A DNA stretch of 42,082 nucleotides. Origin: Chiloscyllium plagiosum. Its lineage: Eukaryota. The stretch spans positions 39,269,218 through 39,311,299 of the forward strand of contig NC_057719.1 of the NCBI RefSeq assembly GCF_004010195.1, read 5' to 3'. A program made the position numbers and the translations under genes. Shown here one piece after another: positions 1-11,570 of the stretch; the first letter of the stretch is position 1, and each line of letters begins with the position of its first letter. The notes under the pieces were generated by a model. It was given only the letters and a program-made list of their open reading frames with translations, was not told where the DNA came from and did not search any database.

Positions 1-418
1 TGGCGTTGAATTTCTTCAATCTCACGGTCGTGCTTCTGCAGCGCGGCCGAGAGCGACTCCCAACGGTTTCTGGATTCGACAATAAAAGCATCGATCTTCA
101 AGTCAAGCTTGGAAAGCATTTCTGCAAGGCTTGTTACTGTTGTAAGTCCCCCGGGGTGGCTGTGGACGCCTCTGCTGCAGCTGGAGAGTGTGGGGGAGGG
201 GTTCCTGCATGCTGAGAGCTGCGGGCTCCCTTCCCTTTAGTCATTTTAACTTAGGATTAAGTTGTTTAAATGTAATATTACACAACTAATTGAAGTACAA
301 AACTATTATAAATGATTTGGTGAGCTTGGTAGGGGGTAGGTGACCCACTGTGCCCAAATCTTGGGAGGAGCACTATAGACTCAGTCTTACTGGGTCGCCG
401 CCATCTTGGATCCCCCTC
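1..418 (-). mobile_element. LINE-1 (L1 clade) 5' end: 5'UTR plus start of ORF1 (frameshifted); continues beyond the window
   Basis: Minus strand begins GAGGGGGATCCAAGATGGCGGCG (G-rich start plus YY1 motif, typical of L1 5' termini). ATG at 244 reads MTKGKGARSSQHAGTPPPHSPAAAEASTATPGDL, then after an apparent 1-bp deletion near 142 continues TVTSLAEMLSKLDLKIDAFIVESRNRWESLSAALQKHDREIEEIQR, a coiled-coil-like ORF1p N-terminus. Confidence 0.75.
397..408 (-). promoter_or_regulatory. YY1-type motif CAAGATGGCGGC in the L1 internal promoter
   Basis: Plus strand gccgccatcttg at 397-408, about 10 nt from the inferred element 5' end. Confidence 0.65.
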
Positions 419-1217
419 ACCCATTTTTAAATCAGTATTTGTGTTTAGAAAGGGCAGAGGCCCTGTCGATGACAATCCATATCAGCTCAAAATCAGCAAT
501 AAACTAGGGCCAGCATTTATGTCAGTGTAATCTTGTTGAAGTTACTTCAAGAGGGTACATGAATTCTCAAGACCATGATTTATTTTAAAAAAATTAGTGT
601 GATCTTAAATACATTGGTTTCTCCTGTTTACTTTTTATTTCTCATTGTACATAACTCTCATTTCCGAGCAGTTTGAATGGAATATGGTATTGTTCTTAGT
701 TTGCATGGAACATCACATTTCTTTAAGACTTTGAAAAATCACATCTCCAGGCACCGAACATCTTAGGAAGAAAATGTGCGCATTCTGTACCTTAATCAGC
801 GCTAATTTGGAAAGCCACAAATTTGTGCCAGAGTATAATTGGAAATAAAGTATTGCTGCAGTAAATTCCTGATAGGCTTTCTGGATAGGAGGGGAAGGGG
901 GAAAAATAAAATCACAGGGCAATTCAATTCAAACCATTTTTAATATTCTGAGTAACTTGTTAGGCCATAGAGCAACTTGCATTTTCACAGTTTAATAAGG
1001 TAATAGTGGATGATAACTAGGGGCACTTAAAAGAAAATGACAAGGAAAACCACTTCAAATCAGAGGGAAAGCCAAGTAACTTATGGAAAGAGCTAACCTT
1101 TATGAAATAAGCAAGTTCAGGTATGGCCTACTCCTGCTCCTATATTTCTGCTTATATTCTTAAATAATGAATAGGATAGTTAAAAAATGAATAGGATAGT
1201 TAGTGAAATCTTCTTAC

Positions 1218-1370
1218 CAGATTTGCAAAGACCTGTTGCAGCTGTTTGGAGTCCTGAATAATTTTTCTAGATATCTGACTCCGGTTATTTGATGTACATC
1301 TCAGAGAACTGTTAATAATGACTCTTAAGTATTCCTGAATAATTACAGATTGTGCCCTCGCTACCAAAGC
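1218..1370 (-). CDS. Sec6/EXOC3-family (TNFAIP2/EXOC3L-like) gene, coding exon 8 (last seen in window)
   Basis: Acceptor TTCTTTGCAG|, donor CTG|GTAAG, 153 nt, phase 0/0. ALVARAQSVIIQEYLRVIINSSLRCTSNNRSQISRKIIQDSKQLQQVFANL resembles the Sec6 'EYLRA..K' helix region. Confidence 0.88.
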
Positions 1371-1463
1371 CTGCAAAGAAAATTCAAAATACAACTTCAT
1401 TTTCCAAAAAAATGAATTTTGAATGATATGTGCCATATGTGTACAAATTAAAGCTTACATTAC

Positions 1464-1583
1464 CTTGTAGAAGCCTGTTGTGCTCATATCAGAAAATTGA
1501 GCAAAATAGTCTATTATTGAAGAACTTGCTTTATTTAAGTTATTTGAATCCAAATCCTTTTTCAAATGGTTTGAAAAGCAAAT
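1464..1583 (-). CDS. Sec6/EXOC3-family gene, coding exon 7
   Basis: Acceptor TTTGTTTTTAAG|, donor AAG|GTAATG, 120 nt, phase 0/0. ICFSNHLKKDLDSNNLNKASSSIIDYFAQFSDMSTTGFYK; a 93-bp intron separates it from exon 8. Confidence 0.85.
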
Positions 1584-2404
1584 CTTAAAAACAAAACAAA
1601 AAATAGTTACACTGGGGACAATAAACCTCATCAATATTCAGTACACCCTCTCCATAAAATAATGTACCTGCCTAAGACATTTATATTTAGTTCTCACATC
1701 CACAATGGGACGAGCATTTGGGTATTGTTTACATGCTGATGACATTTCAACTATCTTAGTACTGACTTTCCAATAGCTAATGTCATTTTACAGCAGAACA
1801 AAACAGAAATACGGAGAAAAAAACCCAATTCATAACCTTGCCACACAGCGCAGACCTAAGGGTGGGAATGGATGAAGTAGAAGGCATCTTTAATCCCAGA
1901 TCCTTTTTTTTCCTCTCCATTTACTCATTTGCTCGTGGTCTGAGACATTTCAAGCATAAAATTATTTCAACAGCATTTTGACACATAAGCAATATTTGAA
2001 AGGGTACCAGTGGTTAACATTCAAACATATCTTCTGTTGCTCTTTCACTTCTACGAATGTCATCAAAGAGCCAGTGACAGGTCTGAAGTAGCTCCCATGA
2101 AGCCAAAATTGCACCTGAATCATTTAATCCACCAATTGTATTCAGCTACCATTAAAAATGTGCCGGATAAGATTCAAAAGGGAGCACCAGGTGAATCTTA
2201 AAGTGCATGCATGCAAGCTTGATGGTCATGGCAGGAGGAGAAGTAGGAACTTGCTGGACATTGACCAGTGTGAATCCTTCCCTAACTACATAGCCCAATG
2301 GATTTCCACCTCTTCACACTGCCATACAACAGAAGTCTGCTATCAATAATTTATGTAGTGTTGGACTCTGGCTCAATCTACCAATTTAAAGTTACTTTCT
2401 CCTA

Positions 2405-3003
2405 TGTGTGAGCCAAGTCCTGCGTGTTCTTTTAAATGAAGCAATAGGAGAAGATATTCGGTCTCACACTCTTAATTTATTTTACACAGTAAGTGAACAA
2501 AGCATTCAGAGCTCTGGGTCTAAACCTCTTTGTCCCTGACAAACTACAAAAGTGTGCCAGTTCAAAAAGAAAGACCTCGTTTTGTCCCTGCCCCAGTCTT
2601 TTATACCATAAAAAACGTCATATAAACACTGAGGTAGAATTATCTTCTGATTGGGTGTTGCTCTGACTCCATTCCCCGCCTCCTCGCATTCCTAGATGTC
2701 CGACCCCACGTGACCTTCTTTTGCCTGCGAAACGGAGCATCACGTGACCTCCTCGACCCATCTCCGAGGCGCGAAACGGAACATCACGTGACCGACCGCC
2801 CTCTTCCGGGGGCGCGAAACGGGACGTCACGTGACCGCCCCCTGCTTGTGTTACAGAGTCACCACAGGGTTTTGAGTGCTGAATCCATCCAGAGTCACAG
2901 CCAGCCTTCCGTTTTTAAAGTAAGGAATATATTTACAGTAGCCATTTGAGTTTAAGCAGAGTATCCAACATGGTCTGTCAGCAATTGTAATCTCCAAGCC
3001 ACA
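2405..3003 (-). mobile_element. Probable solo LTR (ERV- or Gypsy-type); upstream boundary uncertain
   Basis: Read on the minus strand in LTR order: enhancer repeats (2836-2707), GC box (2683-2674), CCAAT (2654-2650), TATAAAA (2605-2599), AATAAA (2481-2476), terminal ...CACACA (about 2405). No clean TSD found. Confidence 0.5.
2707..2836. promoter_or_regulatory. CpG-rich tandem array of E2F-like (GGCGCGAAA) and E-box (CACGTGAC) modules
   Basis: CACGTG at 2707, 2741, 2785 and 2828. GGCGCGAAA at 2768 and 2811, degenerate TGCGAAA at 2726. The full module repeats every 43-44 bp. Confidence 0.7.
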
Positions 3004-3281
3004 TTTATATAGCCTTCTTAGTTAAGAAGATTGTTTCAACTAAGTGAAGGAATCTGATGAATAAAATTGTGACGCAGGGGTTCAATGCCTTAATACCTAC
3101 CTGAAAGTGTGGACCCAAAAGCTCAGCGGATACAGAACAATCCTCAACAGCACAAGTGTAGCTGCACCAGTCATTGTGACATAGCTGAATGAACGTAGAA
3201 GGCCATCTCACTCAAAAGTGTTGCCCACTAATAACCAACACTGAGTTATCTCATTTACTGTTGGTGCGGAGGAGCCAGAAT

Positions 3282-3345
3282 TGAAGGAGCAGCACTCTGA
3301 AAGCTAGTGCTTCCAAATAACCTGGTGTTGTGTGATTTTTGGCTT
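3282..3345 (+). mobile_element. Short PLE terminal fragment (family B, same as 10930-11175)
   Basis: gaaggagcagcactctgaaagctagtgcttccaaataacctggtgttgtgtgattttt matches 11099-11172; hammerhead core degraded. Confidence 0.6.
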
Positions 3346-3499
3346 AATTTACTGTTGTCACTGGGAATGCAGCACCAGATTCACTCTTTAAATGTATTAC
3401 AATTAACGCCCTGATTTTCTTTTGCAGATAATTTGTTCAAATGCACAGTAACCTGAAGGGGCACTCTTGTGTGTGGTCTCCGCAGGAACCTTTGGGTTG

Positions 3500-3900
3500 C
3501 TGTAATGCCGTCTGGACACTCAGCAATGACTACCACTGAAAAATGCACTTAATATAGAAAACTGTTACAAGGTGCTTCACAGTCGCTTAATCGAAAAAGT
3601 AAACGCTAAGTTAAAATACAGATAAGTAGGAGGGATGGCCAAATTAGTACAGATTTATCGGAATGTTCTTCAAGTGGGAGTGGGAGATGGAGAGCCAGAG
3701 GAATTTATGGAGGGAATTCCAGAGCATTGGACTTAAAATGCTGAAGATATTGTCCACAATAAAAGGGGCAAACAACAAGGGAGCACAAGACTGGTGAGAG
3801 AGGAATGGAGTGTTTGGCACCAGGCAACAGTAGGATATAGAGCTGAGCAAGGTTTTATGGATAAGAAGGAGCAAGTTCATGAGGAATGAAAACATTCAGA
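3500..3900 (-). mobile_element. Old L2-like LINE / SINE 3' fragment
   Basis: Segments such as aaggtgcttcacag and ggagggaattccagagc resemble the reverse complement of L2 3' ends; highly decayed. Confidence 0.35.
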
Positions 3901-4093
3901 TGAGAAATATATATATCAAGGCACAGTGAACTGGAACATTAGTCGGTAACGAAAAATACAAACTGATGTTATTGAAAGTAGACAGTGGCAATATTCCGAC
4001 CCATTTGTTCAGTATGTCTGTCTGTTCATAAAGAACTTATCTCAAAACCTAATGGATGGGTTTCAACAAAAGGTTAGACACACATAGGTAATG

Positions 4094-4283
4094 GAGGAGA
4101 AAGTGAGTCTGCAGATGCTGGAGATCAAAGTTGAAACTTTATTGCTGGAACAGCACAGCAGGTCAGGCAGCATCCAGGGAACAGGAGATTCGACGTTTCG
4201 GAAGGGCCTGTGCCCGAAACGTCGAATCTCCTGTTCCCTGGATGCTGCCTGACCTGCTGTGCTGTTCCAGCAATAAAGTTTCA
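4094..4283. mobile_element. Palindromic PLE-derived mini-element (family A) with 14-bp TSD
   Basis: TSD acacataggtaatg at 4080-4093 and 4284-4297. Inverted arms 4131-4201 / 4214-4284. The junction has removed the CTGA of the hammerhead core. Confidence 0.85.
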
Positions 4284-4419
4284 ACACATAGGTAATGCTC
4301 AACAAAGAACATATTAGACTTTGGTGATGATATGGATCTGGATCCAGATCTTGGACAATTTTTTTTAAAATGGTCCATTAACATTAGGAAAAAGGACAAA
4401 CTTACTTCAAACAATTATT

Positions 4420-6240
4420 TAGTTTGTTCATGGGATTTGTCACTGACTAGGTCAGCATTTATTGTCCTATTCTAATTGCCCTGGAGAAGGTGAGCTATCT
4501 TCCTTGAACCACTGCAGGGCCACTCAACTGTCATTAGGAAGGGAGTTCCAGGATTTTGACCCAATGACAGTGAAGGAGCATGATATAGTTCCAAGTCAAG
4601 ATGCTGTGTGGTTTGGAGGAGAACATGTAGGTAGTGCTGTTCCCATGTGTCTGCTGTCCTCGTTCTTCTAGACGACAGACATCACATGTTTGGAAGGTGC
4701 TGACAAAGGAAGCTTGCTACGTTACTGCAGTGTACTGTCAGTGGTGAAGGGAATGAATGTTCAAGGTGGCGGATGGGTGCAATAAAAAAGGATGCTTTGT
4801 CCTGGATGGTTGACCCTCGTGTGTGTTGTTGGAGCTGTACACATCTAGGCAGTATTCCATCATACTCCTACTTGTGACTTATAGATAATGTATAGGCATT
4901 GAGGAGATAGGAGGAGACTTACTCGCTGCAGGATTCTGAGCTTCTGACCTGCTCTTGTAGCCACAGTATTCATATAGCTGTTCTAGTTCAGTTTCTAATC
5001 ATGGTAACTCCCATGGTAGTGAGTTATTAGATGATAGTAATGCTATTGAATGTAAGTGGATGACAATTATATTCCCTCTTTTGGAAATTGTCATTGCCTG
5101 ACACTTGTGTGGTGCAAAAGGGAGTTGGCTGAATGTTGTCCAGGTCTTGCTACATATGGACATACATTGCTTTAGTATCTGAAGAGTTGCAAAATTTGTT
5201 AAACATTATGAAACAATCACTGAATGTCTTCAGTTCTGGCATTCTGATGGAGGGAAGGACATTTATGAAGCACCTGAAGACCCATTTTCCTTTGAGTCAT
5301 GTATGTTTCCATCCAGAGGAGGCTTTTGTCCAATTGCCATTGACTCTAGTTTTGTTCTGCCTTCTTGTTGATGCGATACTCAGTCATATTCGACCCTGCT
5401 GTCAAGAGCAGTCAATCTCCCATCACCTTGGGAATTCAGCTTTTACTTGTGTTTGATCCAAAGCTGCAAGGAGGTCAGGTACTGACTGGTTATGGCAGAA
5501 CCCAAACTGAGTATCAGTGAGCATGTTATTCCTTTGCAAGTTCCAATGAATAACACTGTCAATGGACCATTCAGCCACTTTGCCAATGATTGAGAACGGA
5601 TCATTAGGGCTATAATTGGTCAGGCTGAGTTTTGCATATAGAATATACCTTTAGATGAAAGTTTTGTAGCTGCACTGGAACAACTTGGCTAAGGACATGG
5701 CTAGGAGGAGAAAGTGAGGTCTGCAGATGCTGGAGATCAGAGCTGAAAATGTGTTGCTGGAACAGTGCAGCAGGTCAGGCAGCATCCAGGGAACAGGAGA
5801 ATCGACGTTTCGGGCACATGGCTAGGTCTGGAGGACAAGTCTTCAATAATATTGTCAGAGTGTTGTGGGCCCGTGGCCATTGTGGTATCCAGTGTCTTCA
5901 GCTGTTTATTGACATGACATGGAGTTAATCAAATTGGCTCAAAATTAGTATCTGCAAATGTTGAGGATCTCAGGAGAATAACAAAATGAATCATCTGTTC
6001 AGCCCGTCATGGCTGAGGATAGATGAAAATGTTTCAGCCTTCTTTGCACAAATGTGCTAGAATCCCCCATTGTTAAAGATGGGAATAATTATCGAGCCTC
6101 TTCTTCCTCTTGTTGGTCATTTTATTGTTCACTACCATTCATAATTGGTCATGGCCAGACTGGAGAATTTACACCTGATCCGTTAATTGTTGGATCACTT
6201 ACACTATTGTATACTGCTTTCACAGCTTGGTCAGCAAGTT
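4420..6240 (-). mobile_element. Decayed CR1-group LINE (same type as 7715-8845), interrupted by a PLE fragment
   Basis: Reverse complement resembles 7715-8845 (e.g. gaatgttgtccaggtcttg vs caagatctggacaatatcc; ctgacctgctcttgtagccac vs gtggcgacaacagcaggtcag). Confidence 0.6.
5706..5815 (-). mobile_element. PLE 3'-terminal fragment (family A) with 11-bp TSD
   Basis: TSD acatggctagg at 5695-5705 and 5816-5826; sequence ggagaaagtgaggtctgcagatgctggag...cgacgtttcgggc. Confidence 0.85.
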
Positions 6241-7714
6241 GACCTAAGTTATGGGTTGATAGTTAGTTTATTTAGAAAGTTGTTGATTATTTTAGAATGT
6301 TATGAATTGTCTCAACTGCTGTGGTGCAGCTGTCAAAATATGAGCATCATTTTCAGAGCAGATTGTTGGATGACAATTGTCCTGAAGCTTCCTTAGAGAT
6401 GGAAACTCCTAACAGATTATTTTTTAGTTTTGTAGTTGCAAACCTCAAGGAAGAACTGTGTAATTGTAATAATGTTAACATAGCATGGCCAAGTTATTCT
6501 GAGTGCCCTATTCAAGTATAATTGTTGACAGGGGTTATTATCAAGGAGAAGCACCTCGCTAAAAATAGATTGCTCACATGCACCTATCAAGCAATACATT
6601 GAGATTGCTTGATTACCCTTTGAGCCACAGAGTTCCTTATGGTTGATGCAAAGTTAAGTATGAAGAAATGTTTTTTTAAACACACATTGCAGTGTTTTAC
6701 ATGAAGTAAGTGTATTCGATGAAGCCATTTCCATGGTGTGGTTAGCTTGGTCTTCAGGCAGTATGCAGAATATAATGTCCTGCATCTCTCTGGAACTAAT
6801 TGCTGCTATGATGGGGCCAGACAAGCAACCAATCAACACCTGAGGTGCCCCCACAAATACGCTCCACAGTATTTGTCAACTTGGGATAAATGGTAGTGTC
6901 AGGTGATCTGCTTCATTGTATTGTAAATATAAATCAAATAACTTTCCTTTATATGTTTTTTCATTCTTGCTATCCATTGTTTAGGGATTAGTCATATCTT
7001 TCATGTGACCTATTTAGGTATTGTTTTCTGCTGTTCCGGCATTGTCATGTTCACCTCCTTTTGCATTTAAAATGTGGAATATTTTCATGTGGAAGTATAT
7101 GTATTGCAATTCCCAAAACATTTTCTTGTTGAAAGGCACTGAACTGTCACTTGATCTGGTACCCCAAAAGTGGAAGTCATTATTGCAGAGACTGCTTTAC
7201 CGACCCTTTTTTCAGATTCTTTCTAACAATACTTTGTTATTGTCCACTTCTCTCTTTTATCTGAATTGCTTCTCGAGATGTGAGCACCCCTGCTAAGGTC
7301 AGAACCTGTTTACCTTTAAATGCCTTTAAGAATGTTGGAAACAATAATTTCAGCAGGTGTAACAATGCAAAAAATTCTACATTCTGACCAAAATATAAGC
7401 AAAAGGTTTTGAAAATCCAAACAATGAACCTCATTAAAATGCTTGAGTCCCTTTAAATACTCCTTTAACATAACGCTTGCTATTATCATCTTTTGGGAGT
7501 GGCACTAGATGATTTTGTTTTGAGATTTTTAGGATTTGAAAGGAATTAATAAAGGAAACAAGAAATCTTTTATGCTGTTGAGAGTGCCTTGAACAATGGG
7601 ACATAACATTAAATAACAGTGGTCAATCACAACTCTAATTAGGAAACACTTCTTCACAAGAAGTGTGGAACATTTCTCCCCCCATAAAATGTAGCAGTGG
7701 AACTTCTTTTTAAG

Positions 7715-8845
7715 CTACATTCAACCGACTGTGGCATCAAGAAAAACCATAGCAAAACTGGAATCAAACGGTATCAGGGGGCAAACTCTCCAGTGGCTGA
7801 CATGTAGGAAGATTGTTGTGGTTGTTAGAGGTCAGTCATCTCAGCTGCAAGACATCTCTGCAGGAGTTCCTTTGGGTAATGTCCTCAACCCAACCATCTT
7901 CAGCTGCTTCACCAATGACCTTCCTTCACCATAAGGTCAGAAGTGAGGATGTTCACCAATGATTGCATAATGTTCACCATTCGTAACTCCTCAGAAGCAA
8001 TCCATGTTCAAATGCAACAAGATCTGGACAATATCCAGGCTTGGGCTAACAAGTGGCAAGTAACGTTTGTGCCACATAAATGTCAGGTCATGACCATCAC
8101 AATTAAGAGCTAATATAACCACCACCCCATGGTATTTAACAGTGTTACCATCACTGAATCCTCCATTATCAACATGCTGGAGGTTATCATTCAGCAGAAA
8201 CTCAACTAGACTCATCACATAAACACAGTGGCGACAACAGCAGGTCAGAGGCTAAGAATACTGTGGAGAGCAACTCACCTCCTGACTCCCCAAAGTTTGC
8301 CCACCATCTACAATGCACAAATCAGGAATGTGATGGAATACTCCCCACTTGCCTGGATGAGTGGAGCCCCAACAACACTCAAGAAACCTGACACTGTCCA
8401 GGACAAAGCAGTCTGCACAACTGGCACTATACCCACAAGCATCCACTCCCTCCATCACTGATGCTGAGTAGCAGCAATGTGAACTATCTACAATATACAC
8501 TGCAGAAATTCACCAAAGATACTCAGACAGCACCATCCAAACCCTCGACCACTTCCATCTAAAAGAAAAAGAGCAGCAGATATATGAGAACACCACCACT
8601 TTCAAGTTCTCCTCCAATCCACTCATCATCCTGACTTGGAAATGTATTGTCATTTCTTCACTGTCACTGGGTCAAAATCCTGGAATTCCCTCCCTAATGG
8701 CATTGTAGGTCAACCCACAGCAGATGGACTGCAGCAATTCAAGAAGATAGCTCACCACCACCTGCTTAAGGGCAACTACGAATGGGCAAGAAATGCTGGC
8801 CAGCCAGCCATCAACGCCTACACCCTACAAAATGAATCAATTTTA
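7715..8845 (+). mobile_element. CR1-group LINE 3' portion (reverse transcriptase pseudogene)
   Basis: ORF fragments KLESNGIRGQTLQWL...ISAGVPLGNVLNPTIFSCFTNDLP (RT GVPQG motif) and IYNAQIRNVMEYSPLAW (RT C-terminal); multiple stops and frameshifts. Confidence 0.8.
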
Positions 8846-8859
8846 AAAATACCTCCTTA

Positions 8860-10600
8860 TCAATTTTAAAACCCTTTCAGTGACTGAGATTCCTCCTCTA
8901 TCTCAATGGCCAGGGCAGCATCTCCTTCATTAGTTTAAACAGATGCAAAGTATTAATTTAACACCACAGCCATGCCTCCTGCCTCTCTGCAGGTGTGAAA
9001 TTCCTTTTTAGTCACTCCTCCTTTTGGCATTCTTTTACTCTATAAGGTACCTCTACAATACTTTGGGATTCCATTTATGTTAACTTTTATTATAAACCCA
9101 CCCTGTTCTTCTAATTTGCTTTTTAATCTCCCTTTTAAACCTTCTTCATAACACTTATTCAGCTTGGCTCACAATTGCAATTTCTATATAACGCCTTTCA
9201 TAAAACAATTTTTTCTTATTATCTTAATTTCTATCACCTTTTTCATCTACAGAACACTGACTTTTTGTCTTAAAGTCAATGTAAGGGAATATATCTCAAA
9301 CATACCAACACATCTCTTCTTTGAAGGCCATCTCTTTTTCAGTTATAATTTTTCTTCAGTTCCAATCTAACCTGTTCGTGCTCCATTGAAATCAGCTCTC
9401 CTCAAATTAACTATTCTTACTTTGGATGGTCTTTTGTCCTTTCTACTGTTATTCTAAGTATTACGATAACTATTCCCTAAATACTCTGGCATTGACACAG
9501 TCTCTGCTTGTCCCAACCCCAATCCTAAGAACCAGGTCCATTAGTGCCTCCTTTTTCATTCAACCTGACAAGTATTCAGTAGAATATTCTACTGAATATA
9601 ATCTAAGAATGCATGCCCCTCGCGGTTCCTTATATTATCCTAGTCAATATGGGTTAATTAAATTTCCTCATTATTTCTGATTCTATCTAATGATGTTTAC
9701 ACCTCTCTAAGTTCCTTGCAGTTTTATTCCTCTAGTTCGTGATCTATAAATGATACCAAGCAATATAATTGTAGCCTTTTAGCTCTTTAACGCGAGCCAA
9801 ATCGATTCTGTCCTTGAACTCTCTAGAATATGACTTTTCTGTTGAATCTTTCCTTAACCAACATAACCAACCCTCCTAATTTTTTCCTTTTTCTATCTCA
9901 TCGGAACAGTTATAATTGGGAATAATTAACACCCAGTCCTGGCTTTCCTTGAGCAATGTCTCTGTTATAGTTATCATAACGTCATAATCCCGCATAGGTT
10001 GGCGATCTGCACATCTCATTGGCTGTGCTCCGTGCATTCAAATGCAGTGCAATGCTGATATACAGTCTACTCATTTCTTTCTTCAGTTCTGCAACTCTAC
10101 TTATTGACATACTTTTTTCTATTCTAACATTATCGATCTCTCTCAATGTTTTGTGCAGCCTGGTATTACTTCTAACATACTCCCTTGGTTCCCATACTGC
10201 TTCCAAGCTGGCTTAGAGCTCCCCAACAACAGTCTCTAAAAACCTGAAAATAACTCAGTCCCAGCTCCGTTAAGGTGCACCCTGTCTAACTTATACAGTT
10301 GCTTCCCCAGAGCCAGAGTCACATTCCTCCAAGGACTTCATCAGTATCAAAACAGGACCTCAGGCGACTCTTGCTTCACCTACCTGGCTCTCTTTGCCTC
10401 ACTATCACCTATTCCCTATTCGCCTACATGCCCCTATGCTGCAGTGTGACTACCTGTCTGAGCATGTATCCCTTTAGTTCTCTTCCATGTAGATACATTA
10501 CTGAGACTCCAGGCACAGTTCAAGCTCTAAATCCACAGCCAATAAAACCTTCTGCAAAAGTACGCACCTAGGTCATGTCATGCAGTCTTCCCACTTGCTT
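8860..10600 (-). mobile_element. Heavily decayed CR1-like LINE remnants
   Basis: Patchy resemblance to antisense CR1 ORF1/endonuclease regions; no long ORF. Confidence 0.3.
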
Positions 10601-10929
10601 AGGATAGATTAGATATGGCAAGGCATCTCAGCCAAGCCTTAAATCTTACTTTTGTGCTATTTACTAAGAACTTACTTTTCTTGAACTAGGTTGTTTTGTA
10701 AAATTACATTTTCAAAATTTTCCAAGTTTGTGAGACAGTCCCAAACAGCAGCAGCAGCAGCTTATAAAGGAATTTCTCCTTCGTTCTAAATCACTAAACT
10801 TCCAATTCAGCAAGTTTAGCTTTTGGAATAAACTGTACATAGAGTGCTTCGTTCCCCCTTTGCATTGAATTCCCACTTTGAATCTATTTCCTCAAGTACT
10901 CACTCTGCCTCACGTCACTCCTTTACATA

Positions 10930-11175
10930 TGAAAGAATTTACACATGTAAGAACTGAAACCAACATGTTCATTCTAAAAGATGAGAGACTTAACAAACAA
11001 TCCAGATCTTTTTCAATATATAATTTCAGTTACATCACACTATAAACTTTTGTTATAAATTCTATGTCCTACAATCTTATATTCCACAACCATCTGATGA
11101 AGGAGCAGTGCTCCGAAAGCTAGTGCTTCCAAATAAATCTGTTGGACGATAACCTGGTATTGTGTGATTTTTATC
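10930..11175 (+). mobile_element. PLE 3' end (family B) carrying a hammerhead motif
   Basis: Ends ...ccacaaccatctgatgaaggagcagtgctccgaaagctagtgcttccaaataaatctgttggacgataacctggtattgtgtgattttt; related copies at 3282 and 23905. Confidence 0.65.
11091..11125 (+). ncRNA. Minimal type I hammerhead ribozyme (family B)
   Basis: CAT-CTGATGA-A-GGAGC/agt/GCTCC (stem II)-GAAA-GCTA (palindromic AGCT stem III, CUA triplet)-GTG; short stem I. Confidence 0.6.
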
Positions 11176-11570
11176 TCATGTCACTCCAGCATAGTCTGAA
11201 CAGGCACCCTTACTGACCAGGTAGCTTTTTTAAAAAACTCTTACACGGAGATGCTGCAAAGTCACCTGACCACTCAGCTTAGTTTCCTGTTTCAGTGATT
11301 AACACCAATTCATCAATCATTTTAAATTTAAGACTAATGGGTTTCGAGTTTAGGCTTTCCAAGGGTATAGAATGATGTGGTGCCAAGGCAAGGGAGAGGA
11401 GTTCAAATAGGGATTAGCTTTGATCTCAGTGAATTTCAAAACAAGCTTAAAAGGAGTGAATAGATTGCTCCTGCAGGGACAAAGAATGAGAAACCAGAAT
11501 ATAAATCTTATATCTTTTAACAAAATCTTAATGCTTGGACATAAGTATATCCATGACATTTTCTTGATTA

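Noticed and set aside
1166..1202. 20-bp-period duplication aatgaataggatagtta
   Set aside because: Ordinary slippage duplication; does not alter the exon 8 donor.
2707..2836. CRISPR-like repeat-spacer array
   Set aside because: Vertebrate context, no cas genes, only 3-4 imperfect units with short spacers; better explained as enhancer repeats.
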